Assembly (NCBI GenBank): GCA_964247055.1
Contig: OZ176053.1
Coordinates: 620,001-684,000 of the forward strand
Direction of reading: 5' to 3'
DNA: 64,000 bases
Origin: Paragordius varius
Lineage: Eukaryota > Animalia > Nematomorpha
The notes beneath the pieces were generated by a model that had not been told where the DNA came from, made no database searches, and saw only the letters and a list, made by a program, of their open reading frames with translations. Made by a program: the position numbers and the translations under genes. Shown in pieces: positions 63,270-64,000 of the stretch (position 1 is its first letter; every line of letters begins with the position of its first letter).

Positions 63270-64000
63270 GGTAGTATTTTTTTCAACGGTTGGACTGCAA
63301 ACAAAAGAAAATAATAATGAAAAAATACAATACATGAAAAAATAGTTTGTAAATTTTTTTTGTCTTATATTTTTAATTGTAATAATAATACCCATGTGTT
63401 TACCTGCTGTATTAGACAAAAATACGGCCCGCTGAGCCATTTGTGTAGGGCCCATGGATAAAAACAATCATGGTGGTTTAAAAACACGGCTTCAACCGAG
63501 TCGAAAAAAGCAGGTCGGAACCGGGGTGGTTTTTAAACGGCTGAAACCGGAACCGGGTTGGTTCCTTGAAAATATAACGGTTTAAGAACCCGTTTCTTAC
63601 ATTTAAAAGCGGTTCAATTTGTTTTCTGAATTAACGTATATTAATACCAAATACTTGGCTGTTAAACTAACATAAATATATTAAATTATAGGCATCACGT
63701 TTAATTAAATGGTGAGATCCTTTTTTAACATATTGGCACTAATTACATACATATTATTGTGTTGTGAACCGCGATATATACCGCTAATGTTACCACCTTA
63801 CATGGTAAAATTTTACTGTATCTTTGGAAAAATATGGGCAAGATAAATTTTATTGTGAGGGTCTCATGCGGCCCATAAACCGCGGTTTGAGTGGCATATA
63901 TAGCTGGGCTCATTTTTCTGTTATGGGTAATCAATTATGGACGCTTTATTTGTGGTTTTGTTAGAATTTAGGGATTGTAAAATTATTTTATATAGATACT

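Noticed and set aside
63114-63467. ORFs of 117 and 68 aa near the window end
   Set aside because: They overlap the GC-rich motif arrays of non-autonomous hAT elements and show no recognisable domain.
1-64000. rRNA, tRNA, other structured ncRNA, CRISPR/cas or prokaryotic operons
   Set aside because: No recognisable motifs by eye. The hairpins found are TE termini. A tRNAscan or Infernal run would be needed to exclude divergent RNAs.

Overview
This is a very AT-rich, intron-rich animal genomic window; I found no prokaryotic features, rRNA, tRNA or CRISPR. Two multi-exon host genes lie on the minus strand, and both could be assembled by hand with consistent splice phases. (1) A filamin (CH1-CH2 actin-binding domain plus four Ig/filamin repeats; 13 exons from 13528 to 1466, probably continuing left of the window). 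(2) A short secreted ADAMTS-type M12B metalloprotease (57899 to 40418: signal peptide, prodomain, HEYGHLCNANHD zinc site, disintegrin-like region, one TSP1 repeat, truncated Cys-rich tail). Between them is a tandem segmental duplication (13775-36064 versus 36065-46411) that copied the last ADAMTS exons two extra times and carries a degenerate plus-strand gene relic. Mobile elements: a full-length RTE LINE with TSD and an empty site, a hAT transposon nested in a MITE, a Helitron with internal ~500-bp repeats, a piggyBac-like MITE at reciprocal TTAA sites, ~1.3-kb foldback elements and many MITEs. The most interesting signals are the duplicated in-frame ADAMTS 3' exon set and a duplication-born 36-nt candidate cassette exon in filamin. 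All identity levels and family assignments are by-eye, not computed.
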